From positions 172,732,001 to 172,796,000 of the forward strand of contig OX597816.1 of NCBI GenBank assembly GCA_951406725.2: 64,000 nucleotides of DNA, in the 5' to 3' direction. Position numbers and translations under genes: made by a program. This document shows positions 13,569 to 28,240 of this stretch, one piece after another. Below the pieces are notes generated by a model. It was not told where the DNA came from. It saw nothing but the letters and a program-made list of their open reading frames with translations, and did no database searches. Each line of letters begins with the position of its first letter. Position 1 is the stretch's first letter. Origin of the DNA: Octopus vulgaris (lineage: Eukaryota).

Positions 13569-13611
<43 letters not shown>

Positions 13612-13688
13612 AATGTATGTATATATATATATATGTATTTTTTTCTCTAGTTTCAGCTCAGAGCTGCGGCCATGCTGATGCACCGCCG

Positions 13689-13756
<68 letters not shown>

Positions 13757-13785
13757 ACATAGATATCTATATACATGTATGTATA

Positions 13786-13908
<123 letters not shown>

Positions 13909-13944
13909 GTACTGTTGTGTCTGGGAAGAATCACGTATTCCTTT

Positions 13945-14160
13945 ATACTTTTATTCTTTTAGTTGTTTCAGTCGAATGGGGCCATGCTGGAGCACCGCTT
14001 CAATGGGTTTTAGTAGAGGAAATCGATTCTAGAGCTTATTCTTTGTAAGCCTGGTACTTATTTCATCGTTCTCTTTTGCCGAACCACTTAGTTACTGGGA
14101 CATAAACAAATCAGCATAGGTTGTCAAGTAATGGTGGGTGGACACAGACACACAGACACA
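13945..14160 (-). mobile_element. SINE family B, diverged 3' half
   Basis: GGCCATGCTGGAGCACCGC...TACTTAT...CTCTTTTGCCGAACC is the reverse complement of the family B 3' half. Confidence 0.75.
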
Positions 14161-14238
14161 CGCACACACAGACACATAAATATATATACATACATATGTA
14201 TATATGTATGTATGTATGTATGTATATATATATATATA

Positions 14239-14303
<65 letters not shown>

Positions 14304-14491
14304 TATATGCGTGAGTGTATGTGCGCTCCCGCGCTCGTGTTTGTGCATGTGTGCGTAGTATCTTGAAGGTAGAATAATATTTTCTACTTATCTATCTTTG
14401 CTGTATTATTATCATTTGATATCTATATAGAATATCTAAGTATTTTGCCTTACACTGGCAACCTAGTCACTGATGTCTTTATCAAAAGATA

Positions 14492-14740
14492 TTGGGATGG
14501 TGCATAATTATTGCGGCTTTTTTTTTCAATATATTTTATTCAACAAAAACAATAACAGCATTTAACAAAAACACATTTAAATGATTATTCCGGGGCATAT
14601 TCACCATCTACTTCAATTACTGTTTCCCGTTTGCTTGGCAGCCGGTCGGAATAATCATTTAAAGATTATCAAATGTTATTATTGTTATTGTTGAATAAAA
14701 TTTATTGAAAAAAAGCCGCAATAATTATGCACCAACCTAA
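14492..14740. mobile_element. Mariner-derived MITE
   Basis: Terminal inverted repeats TTGGGATGGTGCATAATTATTGCGG / CCGCAATAATTATGCACCAACCTAA, with TA on the left flank. An internal minus-strand remnant reads DRLPSKRETVIEVDGEYAPE*, like a mariner transposase C-terminus. Confidence 0.85.
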
Positions 14741-15103
14741 TCTTCTTTATATATAAAAGTCAAGTTGTGTGTCTGTCTCCTACGATTTAGATTCCTAACT
14801 ACTCCCACATTTTGCGGTGCAGTGTAACCAAAACCGGGTATCTTATAGTCGTGATTCATATCGAGCCCTTCTGGGTATTAGCGCGCGTCTACGATGAGTC
14901 TACCTACAACATTTTTTTCGCTATTATATAAGGGAAGTAACTCTCTAAAAATGTCTACGATGAGTCAACGATTAAAAAAAAAAATACCATCATTTTTTTC
15001 CCATTTTTAATGCATTTTTTGCTATTTTTGGCTATAACGCTCTAAAAATGCTTATATAGTTATTTCCCTTACAAACCCGAGCAACGCCGGGCGATACTGC
15101 TAG
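14741..15103 (+). mobile_element. Non-autonomous Helitron (family D)
   Basis: 5' TC; subterminal hairpin CCCGAGCAACGCCGGG; 3' CTAG; inserted between A and T with no TSD. Other copies at 50782 and 55966. Confidence 0.88.
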
Positions 15104-15400
15104 TAGCTAATAAAGGAGGTAATATTGTTAACTATAGACTCAGTAAATAGCATGTTTTTAGACACACCACGAACAGCTATGATGTGCAGTGATTCGGGGA
15201 CAACAAATAATGTAGAATAATTCAATATAACAGTATCTATGTATTGCAAAGTGTGACGATGCGTCTGATTTAGTTTCACAAGATGATCTGAGAATCAATC
15301 ACAATCAGAAAGAAATAAAAATGGATTTATACACATTTTATCTATCAACCTACACGTATACATTATATATGGGTGTGTATACACACACACACACACACAC

Positions 15401-15479
<79 letters not shown>

Positions 15480-15493
15480 CGCATTCTGACTTT

Positions 15494-15534
<41 letters not shown>

Positions 15535-15540
15535 CATATA

Positions 15541-15582
<42 letters not shown>

Positions 15583-15588
15583 CATATA

Positions 15589-15620
<32 letters not shown>

Positions 15621-15630
15621 CATACATATA

Positions 15631-15680
<50 letters not shown>

Positions 15681-15685
<5 letters not shown>

Positions 15686-15841
15686 CGGAGTAAACACATA
15701 AATGTGCAACAAGGTGGAAAAAAGAGTACTCAAATACCAGTGGTAGAGTAATATGCTTTATTTAAAAGCAGCAGAAAATTCAACAAAACCTGTTACTCTG
15801 AGTAACAGGTTTTGTTGAATTTTCTGCTGCTTTAAATAAAG
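15681..15841 (-). mobile_element. Penelope-like terminal remnant with 86-bp fold-back
   Basis: 15681-15803 is the reverse complement of about 18194-18314. 15756-15841 is a palindrome centred at 15799. Confidence 0.7.
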
Positions 15842-15924
<83 letters not shown>

Positions 15925-15934
15925 ATATATATAT

Positions 15935-16098
15935 ATACGACGAGATTATTTCAGTTTACGTCTACCAAATCCACTCACAAGGGTTTGGTCGGCCTCTGGC
16001 AGTGGTAGAAGACACTTGCCCAAGGTGCTACGCAGTGGGACTGAACCCAGAACCTTGTCGTTGAGAAGCAAGGTTCTTACTACACAGCTACGCCTGCG

Positions 16099-16100
<2 letters not shown>
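15935..16100 (-). mobile_element. SINE family B, 5' half, diverged
   Basis: Reverse complement of the family B head (CAAGGTGCTACGCAGTGGGACTGAACCC). Confidence 0.8.
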
Positions 16101-16163
<63 letters not shown>

Positions 16164-16773
16164 ACGCACATATACATGCATACATATACATGTCCATACA
16201 TATATATATATATAACTGTGTGCGTGTGGTGTGCACACATGTACACACACTCGCACAAACATGTTTCTATAGCTGTATATATTGATGCATTTCTATAGAA
16301 ACATATTTACAGACCAATGCAAACAGTTGCGCGTTCGCATACACACCTACGCACACGCGTACACATCTACAAATGTTTAAACGTGTGTGTAAGCATGTAC
16401 ATACGTGCATATACTTCATAGAGTATATATCCTATATATATATATATATATATTATATTAAATTAGAGATAAAACCACTATTAGGCAAATCAAACAGTGA
16501 AAATCATAAGCCAATACATAGAAATAAAATTAACTAAAAAAAATATAAAATATAAAATATAAAAAATATAAAATTCAAAATTAAAATATTTAAATTAAAG
16601 TTAAAATTTTTAAAATTATTTAAATAACTTAAACTTATAAATTTTAAATATATATGTATATATATATATTTTTTTTTTGTCATTATTATTTTATTTTATT
16701 TATTTATTTATTTATTTAAAAAAATTATATAACTATCAAAAAGTATTAAAAGTTTAATATAAGATAAAGAGTA

Positions 16774-16827
<54 letters not shown>

Positions 16828-17234
16828 ACATTTGCATGTTTTCATTGTTTGTATGTCTATAAATGTATAAGTTTGAGCGTGACCGTGTGTGAGTGTGTAT
16901 GTGTGTATACGTATATGTGCATGTTAAACAGCTGTATATGCCATGCTTCAGCTAATGATGATTCCCGGTGCACAAGTAACTCCGAACACAGAAACATCAA
17001 CCTGATATTCCTACGCTGACCTTGCAGGACATATGCACAGGGTGTTGCATATGTATTCGATATATATTTTCCGTAATGAAAGCCTGAAACAGACGAGCTT
17101 CTGTCATGGGCCCGTGAAATCTTAAGTCGCGGAGAACCGAATCAAACTCTTTTAAATGATAATACATGTAACTATGTAACTCCTATAAAATGTATTGAGT
17201 ACCTTTTTCTTTCGTCTGTCCTCTCTCTCATAAG

Positions 17235-17336
17235 TCCCATATGGAGCATGTGGAACAACATTTGTCCAGTGGCCATAACCTTACTCAGCCGGAATCTGTG
17301 ATATATTCTAAATGGCTCAGTAATGTAGGTCACTTG
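17235..17336 (+). CDS. Candidate 102-nt phase-0 exon ([34 protein letters not shown])
   Basis: Pyrimidine tract, then AG (weak AAG) at 17233-17234; donor TTG|GTATGT; only one frame open; length divisible by 3. Protein not recognised. Confidence 0.4.
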
Positions 17337-17400
17337 GTATGTATGTGTAAAAGTATTTTCTACATACATACAAACACGCATCTACACATACGTGCGCACA

Positions 17401-17442
<42 letters not shown>

Positions 17443-17465
17443 TATACGCACGCACACACATACCT

Positions 17466-17713
<248 letters not shown>

Positions 17714-18000
17714 ATATATATATATATATATATTATCTAGTTTCAGCTCACAAGCTGTGACCATGCTGGGGCACCGCCATATGTTAGCGCGCCGGACGAA
17801 ATCCTTAGCGGTATTTTGTCCGTCCTTATTTTCTGAGTTCAAATTCCCCCACATATACATAGTACACACGTAACACATACAAATATATATATACATACAT
17901 ATATATACATGTATATACATGTACTTATTTATACTTGTGCATACATATATTCATAAGTATACACATACTTTATTTAAAGCAGCAGAAAATTCAACAAAAT

Positions 18001-18038
18001 CTGTTACTCTGAGTTTCTCGTTGCCGTTCATCAGACAG
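18001..18038 (-). ncRNA. Minimal type I hammerhead ribozyme motif
   Basis: Minus strand: CUGU-CUGAUGA-A CG GCAA CG A-GAAA-CUC A GAG-UA|ACAG. Canonical core, GNRA-capped helix II with an A.A mismatch at its base, near-palindromic helix III and a GUA site. Helix I extends via CAAAA/UUUUG. Confidence 0.75.
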
Positions 18039-18169
18039 TTTTTGCTAGAATGGAACTGATATATTAATTCAATCTAGACTCTTACAAACGCTACACCTTT
18101 AAAAAAAAAAGGTGTAGCGTTTGTAAGAGTATAGATTGAATTGATATATCGGTTCCATTCTAGCAAAAA

Positions 18170-18207
18170 CTGTCCGACGAATGGCAACGGGAAACTCAGA
18201 GTAACAG
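18170..18207 (+). ncRNA. Minimal type I hammerhead motif, variant core
   Basis: CUGU-CCGACGA-A UG GCAA CG G-GAAA-CUC A GAG-UA|ACAG, with a U4C change relative to the canonical core. Confidence 0.6.
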
Positions 18208-18445
18208 ATTTTGTTGAATTTTCTGCTGCTTTAAATAAAGCATATTACTCTACCACTGGTATTTGAGTACTCTTTTTCCACCTTGTTTCACATTTATGTG
18301 TTTACTCCGGTGTAAGTATACACATATACATATGAACATGTATATGTATATATATATATTTATATACACATATACACACACATTTATATAAATACATGTA
18401 TGTATGTAAGCACATATAAGTACACAAACACGCACAAACACACAC

Positions 18446-19042
<597 letters not shown>

Positions 19043-19135
19043 ATTTCAGTACCCAGAAAACGAAAAACATTTCAAAATATATCATTGAGATCACACAAAT
19101 CACAAATGAAAACATTGATATAGTCGTATATCTTG

Positions 19136-19224
<89 letters not shown>

Positions 19225-19464
19225 TACACACACACAAACAAATACACATATACATATGTACATATATTATATAATATATGATAAATATGTTTGTATTCTA
19301 TATATACATATAGTATATATCATATGTAATGATATATAGACTGTAAGTATATGTATACCTATATACGTATATATAATATGATTTCATATATAGACACTGT
19401 TACTTTTGCTGCATAATCACACATACACACTCATATAAAAATATACATACATACACACACACAC

Positions 19465-19520
<56 letters not shown>

Positions 19521-20027
19521 TATTTATACATATAAATGAATGTGTGTGTTTGTGTGTATCTATGTGTTATAAAACAGTGAGTGTGTATATATTGTTTATT
19601 TCTATTTATAGATCCAAAAACAACATCATCTATTAATGGTCTCATATGTGAATAATAATAATAAAAAAATTGACTTTTCAAAATATTGATTGGTAGTAAT
19701 TCAAATTTCTGTCGTTATCATAATCTAGAATTTTCGATTTTTCATTTATAAATAGAACCTCGAAAATATATAGTATTTAGTTTGATGATTAAAACAGAAA
19801 TCATTAATTAACTCCCTGTCGTCTTATTATTTTTTCTATCCAATGTAGATGAAAATCATAGCATATACTGTATTAGGTTAAAAAAAACCTAAATGCCAAG
19901 ATTTTGACCATCAATTTTCTATTCTAGTATTCTACACATTACATTTTATAGCTTTATCTACTTCGAGTTACGTCGTTAAAAGCACTACACACACCACACA
20001 CACATACACACACATATATATCTATGT

Positions 20028-20093
<66 letters not shown>

Positions 20094-20099
20094 ATGAAC

Positions 20100-20137
<38 letters not shown>

Positions 20138-20189
20138 ACATATACATATACATATATATATATACACATATGTATAAATGTATGTATAA

Positions 20190-20226
<37 letters not shown>

Positions 20227-20240
20227 CGTATATATGTATG

Positions 20241-20272
<32 letters not shown>

Positions 20273-20445
20273 CGTATGTACATATATATAAAATGAAAAT
20301 ATATTGAAGTAAATATCTTTCTACCTACGTACCTATTTATCTATCTATTTATCTATCTACCTACCTACCTACCTACATGCATGCAAGGATTCATGCATAC
20401 ATACATACATACATACATACATACATACATACATACATACATACA

Positions 20446-20476
<31 letters not shown>

Positions 20477-20648
20477 CATGATCTAACTGTCGCTTTCTCA
20501 GATGCAGCACGAATGTTTGTCAGTGAACAGATTGCAGTTTCAAAGCAATGAACATATTTTGACACAAATGAAATATAAATGTTGAAGTGAAATTAACGGT
20601 TTTTGTGTGTTCTTGAATGGCTTACAAACATCTTCCACGCTGCAATTG

Positions 20649-20698
<50 letters not shown>

Positions 20699-20756
20699 TT
20701 GAAAGATAGATAGTTAGATAGACAGATAGATAGATGCATATGTATATATGCCTGCG

Positions 20757-20864
20757 TGTATGTATGTATGTATGTATGTATGTATGTATGTATGTATGTA
20801 TGCATATGTATGTATGTATGTATGTATGTAAGTATGTATGTAGGCATGCATGCATGTATGTATG

Positions 20865-20895
<31 letters not shown>

Positions 20896-21048
20896 GTATG
20901 TATGTATGTATGTATGTATGTGTGTATGTATGTATGTATGTATGTATGTGTGTATGTATGTATGTATGTATGTATGTATGCATGCATGCATGTATGCATG
21001 TATGTATGTATGTATGTATGTATGTAAGTATGTATGTACGTATGAATG

Positions 21049-21080
<32 letters not shown>

Positions 21081-21098
21081 TGTATGTATGTATGTATG
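20757..21098. repeat. (TATG)n array
   Basis: Seen directly; similar arrays at 20395-20473 and 24848-25310. Confidence 0.95.
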
Positions 21099-21717
21099 TG
21101 CGTCTTTGTCTCTTTTCAATTTCTGAGCAAATTTTGACCGGCCACCTATTTGGTAACAAGGTTTTGAAGAGAAGTATCTTGATTTATCCATCGTCCTTTT
21201 AATCTTAAGTCCTGCAGATTTTGATAATCCCAGATATCGTGACCATTTGTAGCGTATGAATTAAGAATGTGCATCCTCTCCCCAAGAATCCAAGTTTAGC
21301 CATACTTTACTCAAGACGAGTTTGTATGTATCCTGTTGCTTTCTATTAATCTGTAAATCAAGTAGTTAGTTCTCAAACAATCAGCCGCTCCTACTCTCCA
21401 GAAATAGCAGTGAAACTTTTTTCTCTCCACATCTCTGTATATTAGATGGATGAAGAAATAGAGTTTACAATCGTATTCATTATTCACCTTAAGTTTGGAA
21501 AACTGTGAAAAGTTTTTTACTGAACCTGTTCATTTGTCCTCCCACTTTCCGTCCTCGCAATCGCCTCTCCGCAAACATGAGGAGCCCTATTAAGGAACAT
21601 TTGGCTATTCACATTTATGCAATTGTCGTATCGCTTATAATGTAGAATCGTTTTCTCTAATTCGGTCTTTGACAACCTCTCCATTAGGGACTGCACACAC
21701 ACGTGCTTGCACGCACG

Positions 21718-21780
<63 letters not shown>

Positions 21781-21783
21781 GTT

Positions 21784-21989
21784 ATATGTATATCTATCTA
21801 TACACACACACACACACATATATATATATATGTATATCTATCTATACACACACACACACATATATATGTATATCTATCTATACACACACACGCACACACA
21901 CACACACACACACACAGACAGACAGACAGACACACACACACACAGAGACAGACACACACACACACATATGTATATGTATATCTATCTAT

Positions 21990-22023
<34 letters not shown>

Positions 22024-22081
22024 GTATATCTATCTATACACACACACACACGCACACATATATATATGTATATCTATCTAT

Positions 22082-22110
<29 letters not shown>
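21784..22110. repeat. Composite minisatellite, unit TATGTATATCTATCTATA(CA)n
   Basis: The anchor motif recurs six times with variable (CA)n spacers. Confidence 0.85.
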
Positions 22111-22112
<2 letters not shown>

Positions 22113-22792
22113 TATACATACACATACACATGTATATATCATTTAATATTTCGCTTCGATGTTGCAAGACTAATAACCTGGTCCTGCCGTGTTTCAGAAC
22201 AAATTGTTAACAAGAAAAATGCGATGACAAAGGAAAAAACGATTATCCATCTCATTTTTCTTATATTGTTTAATATTTGTATTTACATATATCTATATGT
22301 ATATATGTAGATGTATATGTGTATATGTTTACTTCCCCACGACTTAGTGATTTGGTAGAAGAGACCGATATGATAAGTAATATACTTAAAAATTGTCCTG
22401 GGGCTGAACATTCGACTAAAAATTCCTCAGCATGGTCGCAGTCTAATAATTGATATAAGCAAAAGATAAAAGATATATATATATCTTTTATATATATATA
22501 TATATATAAAGTAAAATACAAAATGGGACAAGGACGCAAAACATCCGGACAACAAAAAGGGACAACAAAACATCCAGATATGTGTGTGTATATGTATATA
22601 CAAAATTAAGACTAAAACTACTTTAATGAGTTTATCAAGTGGCCAGCGTATGGGTTTATATATGTATATATATATATATATATGTGTGTGATTTGTAAAA
22701 ACACATGACATATTAATAAATATTTGTATACATACATACATACATGATGGTACTCCAGCATGGCCGCAGTAAACTGACTGAAGCAAGTAAAA

Positions 22793-22880
<88 letters not shown>

Positions 22881-23051
22881 GCACACACACACATATATAC
22901 ATATATATATATATGTATATGCACACATATATATACACACATATATAAATATATATGTATATGTATGTATGTATGTATGTATTTATTTCTCTCTCTTACT
23001 CTATCTCTCCTTCCCTCTCTCTCTCTTTCTCTAAATATGTATATATATAAG

Positions 23052-23127
<76 letters not shown>

Positions 23128-23559
23128 TTCATACACATACACACACACACACGTACATATATATGCACACATGGGTTGAGGCCATCACCAACTGTAAACA
23201 ACAGGAAGTACGAAAACAGGCTAGAATGGCGTAAGTGGAGCAAGAACACACGCAGAAATAGATACATTCCCCCCTACTTACATAGAGTTTTGTGTTGAAA
23301 AGTTAAGGCTCGTGATTATGATGTATATGGAACTGTGTGTTACATTGTTATACAACCAATCAGTCAAACAATCACTGACTCACTCCCCCAATTGTTTATC
23401 GAAGTCGATTTATTTTCCCCCGTGTTTCTCCCCATGCACACGCACTCCTACGCAGAGACACAAAACTTACACACACACACATCATACACATACACGTACT
23501 CGTGCATACTCACATGTGCATATATGTTTATATGTGTGTAGATGTGTTTGCGTATGTAA

Positions 23560-23598
<39 letters not shown>

Positions 23599-23651
23599 GA
23601 TGCATATACATATATGTATGTATGTGTATACACAGATATAAATATATATAT

Positions 23652-23717
<66 letters not shown>

Positions 23718-23820
23718 AGAGAGAGGGAGAGTGAGGGAGAAAGACATGTGTGTTTATATGTGAGTGTATAAACACACACACCGATCACGCACCAAGACAT
23801 TTCACATTTTACTATATTGC

Positions 23821-23927
<107 letters not shown>

Positions 23928-24003
23928 CATTATTATTATTGTTGTTATTATTATTATTATTATTATTCCTCCTCCTCCTCCTCCTCCTCCTACTACTACT
24001 ACT

Positions 24004-24210
24004 AAGGCGGTGAGCTGGCAGAATCATTAGCGCGCCGGACGAAATGTTTAGCCGTATTTCGCCTGTCGCTACGTTCGAAATTCCATCGACGTCGACTTTG
24101 CCTTTCATCCCTTCGTTCGGCATCGATAAATTAAGTACAATTGAAACACAGGGGTCGATGTAACCTACTTACCCCCCCAAAAAATTTCCGGCCTTGTGCC
24201 TTTAGTAGAA
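24004..24210 (+). mobile_element. SINE family A (older variant) abutting an (ATT)n/(CCT)n array
   Basis: AAGGCGGTGAGCTGGCAGAATC head and the central domain. Confidence 0.8.
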
Positions 24211-25659
24211 AAATTAAATCATGTCTTTGACAATTCCGTATTGAACTTATTTGTTTTGAGTTAAGAAGACTAGATCAATGTGAAATTAAGTGTTTTGTGC
24301 AATGCCTATCCAGGAATTGAACACACAACATCATAACAGAGAGCCGAATTCACTAACCACTAGGTCACGCGCCTTTCCTTTACACGGGCGCGTGTGCACT
24401 TGTGTGTGTATGTACATAGAAATATGTGCAGTGCGTGTATGTACGCGCACAGCAAACATACACACACATGTCCATGTATGTATTGTAATAGTTTGTCATT
24501 GATATCTAGTCTCGCTTAAGTAAGATGGCATATGTTTCTGATATATGCCGTGGTATAACCCAGCATGTCATATCAAGAGAATCTAATAACATTTTTAGTT
24601 ACGCAAATTTGTCATGCTATGTCTCGTTATATTACGTATCATATTAAATTCTTTATGCTCCACAGTTTTACAATTCTGTGCTCTACACTCCACAATTAGC
24701 ATGTATATAAAAAGACTATACATAGCCGCTTGATCTGCTAGAAGTAGCTATTACTTCTTTAAATCACATTTCACACACATACACACATATGCATATAGAG
24801 ATGGATAGATATATATGCATATACATATATACCTGTGTGTGTGTGAATGTATGTATGTATGTATGTATGTATGTATGTATGTATGTATTTATGTATGTAT
24901 GTATTTATTTATGTATTTATGTATGTATGTATGTATGTATGTATGCATGCATGTATGTATGTACGTATGTATGTATGTCTGTATGTATGTATTTATGTAT
25001 GTATGTATGTATTTATGTATGTATGTATGTATGTATGTATGCATGCATGTATGTATGCATGAATGTATGTATGCATGCATGCATGTATATATGTATGCAT
25101 GTATGTATGTATGTATGTATGTATGTATGTATGTATGTATGTATGTATGTATGTATGCATGCCTGTATGTATGTATGTATTTATGTATGTATGTATGTAT
25201 GTATGTATGTATGTATGTATGTATGTATGTATGTATGTATGTTTGCATGCATGCATGTATGTATGTATGTATGTATGCATGTACGTATGTATGTATGTGA
25301 ATGTATGTATGTTTATTTGTTTGTTTAACTGCGGCCATGCTTGAGCGCCGCACTGAGAGTTTCTAGTCCAGCAAATCGCCATACATTGCCTCATTGTAAG
25401 TATGAAACTAAAAGTGGATCTTGGGGATTGGGGTTGCAAACTTGTTACCAATGCTCCGTAGATGTCCTCTCTCTTCTATTTTGCTCACCACATTCGCCTT
25501 CAGAGAATAGGTTCCCAACAATTTCTTTTGTTCCTGTCTCCCAACTTCCTTAGAATCTTTTAATTTCTGTGGCCCCCTTAGACATTGTTTGTGAAAAATA
25601 TACACTGTGTATGCGTGTGTGTGTGTAGGTATGCATGTATGTATGCACACATATACGTA

Positions 25660-25717
<58 letters not shown>

Positions 25718-25812
25718 CATACATACATACTACATACATACATACATATATATATATATATATGTATATAAAGTTATATATATATATATATATATACATA
25801 CATACTACATAC

Positions 25813-25897
<85 letters not shown>

Positions 25898-25943
25898 ACT
25901 TTATATACATATATACAAATACAACATATATACATATATTATG

Positions 25944-26268
25944 AGGGCGCGTGGTTTAGTGGTTAGGGCATTCGGATCATGATCGTAAGGTTGTGAGTTC
26001 GATTCTCGGCGATGCGTTGTATCCTTGAGCAAGACACTTTGTTTCACCTTGCTGCTGTCCACTCAGCTGGCAAAAATGAGTTGTACCTGTATTTCAAAGG
26101 GCCAGCCTTGTCACACACTGTGTCACACTGAATTTTCCTTGCGAACTACGTTAGGGGTACACGTGTCTGTGGAGTACTCAGCCACTTGCACGTTAATTTC
26201 ATGAGCAAGCTGTTCCGTTGATCGTATCAGCTGGGACCCTCGTCGTCGCAACCGACGGAGTGCTCTCC
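25944..26268 (+). mobile_element. tRNA/CORE-like SINE sharing the family C 3' half
   Basis: tRNA-like head (GTGGTTTAGTGGTTAGG...GAGTTCGATTC), TCCTTGAGCAAGACACTT, then the family C tail from TTGTACCTGTATTTCAAAGGGCC onward. Confidence 0.85.
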
Positions 26269-26811
26269 CATATATATATAACTGTCTGTGTGTGCGCGTG
26301 TGTGTGTGTATGTATGTATGTATGTATATATATATATATATATACATATACATACATTTATACACACACACACACGTATACATACCTACCTACATAGATA
26401 CATACACACACACACACATATATATATTCACATACAACATGGACTCTCCCATCGTTAGACGATATATGAGAGATCAGCAAATTCTTGATGAACGATCACA
26501 TTGATGATTTATTTTTGTAGGGGTTTATAGGGATCAAATGTTTGTGCTCACATAAGCTCACTCCGTCCATCAAATCGACCTTACCTGTACAGGTGCGCCC
26601 GATGTGCCACATATCAAATGGCGAAATGATCGCAGAGCAACGTGAAATGAAGTGTCTCGCTCAAGAATAGAACTCAACGCTCGGTCAGGGAGTGGTAACC
26701 ACGGTATCGCAGTCGTGAGTGCAGCACCCTAACTACTAAACCAGCTAAAAAAAAGTTTCTGTAAGAAGCCTACGAAAGTTTAACTCACATGGGGCCGAAT
26801 CAAACTGTTTT

Positions 26812-26812
26812 A

Positions 26813-26890
<78 letters not shown>

Positions 26891-26984
26891 GATTATAATA
26901 ATGATGATGATGATGATGATATTAGTAATAATAATGATGATGATGATGATGATGATGATGATAATAATAATAATAAAAATAATG

Positions 26985-27018
<34 letters not shown>

Positions 27019-27095
27019 TAATAATAATAATAATAATAATGATGATGATGATGATGATAATAATAATAATAACAATAACAACAACAATAATGATG

Positions 27096-27157
<62 letters not shown>

Positions 27158-27169
27158 AATAATAACAAC

Positions 27170-27231
<62 letters not shown>

Positions 27232-27243
27232 TAATAATAATAA
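26812..27243. repeat. (AAT)n/(GAT)n array
   Basis: Seen directly; another array at 27402-27570. Confidence 0.95.
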
Positions 27244-27402
27244 ATCAATTTAAATGTATGGGCTGTATTACATGAAGATATTTCGCTGCCCTTGCCACTT
27301 ACCCTCCCCAAGCTTTCGGTCTCTAATCCTTCACTCATCCTAGGGTGCTGGGTGTGTCTCGGTGAGTGATTGTATCAAATATTAGTAGTAAACAATGAAG
27401 TA

Positions 27403-27472
<70 letters not shown>

Positions 27473-27502
27473 GCAACAACAATAATAATAATAATAATGA
27501 TA

Positions 27503-27565
<63 letters not shown>

Positions 27566-28146
27566 GTAGTAACAATCTCTACGTCAATACTTCATTGTTA
27601 CTTATTTGACAGTAATACATATGTTAGGCTGACTGGGACAAGTGTATTCGATAACATCGATCATACTACGTGACTGGTATTTACTTTATCGACCTTTTAA
27701 ATATTGAACGTTAAGTAGGAATCGGTGAGATTTGAACTCAGGAAGTAAATGTCCGTATCTAAACACTGCACAATATGTCTTCCAACACGCCAACTATTCA
27801 GCCATCTACCAAACCACCGAACCACTCTTACTAGGATCATAAACACTTGATTCATGTATTATTTGATAAAAGTAACTCTACTAAAATACAATAGAAAAAT
27901 AATTTTTTTATAAAATGGTTGCAATTCCGAAGCTCTGTTGTTATTTTATCTTCTACAGTTTCCGAACTTCTGCGATGCAGAGCACATTCTTGAAAGGGGT
28001 TTTGGTTTATCAAATCAACCGCAATAAAAATTTCGAGCTTTAATGATCTCAGTTTATCGAAAGACTTACTTATCACTTGACACACCATCTTACACTAGTA
28101 CACGCACAACCATATACACATATATATGTGTGTATTTGCGTATTCG

Positions 28147-28240
<94 letters not shown>

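Larger units (their letters stand above)
17968..18314 (+). mobile_element. Penelope-like inverted pseudo-LTR pair (palindrome 17968-18240 plus unpaired tail)
   Basis: 133-nt arms (17968-18100 and 18108-18240) around an A7 loop, each with a hammerhead motif. The tail 18241-18314 recurs at 15681 and 33101. Confidence 0.75.

Noticed and set aside
16956-17020. ATGATGA...CTGA as a possible C/D snoRNA
   Set aside because: Too short, no terminal stem and no recognisable guide sequence.
21784-22110. Repeat-spacer pattern reminiscent of CRISPR
   Set aside because: The spacers are (CA)n, the context is eukaryotic and there are no cas genes.
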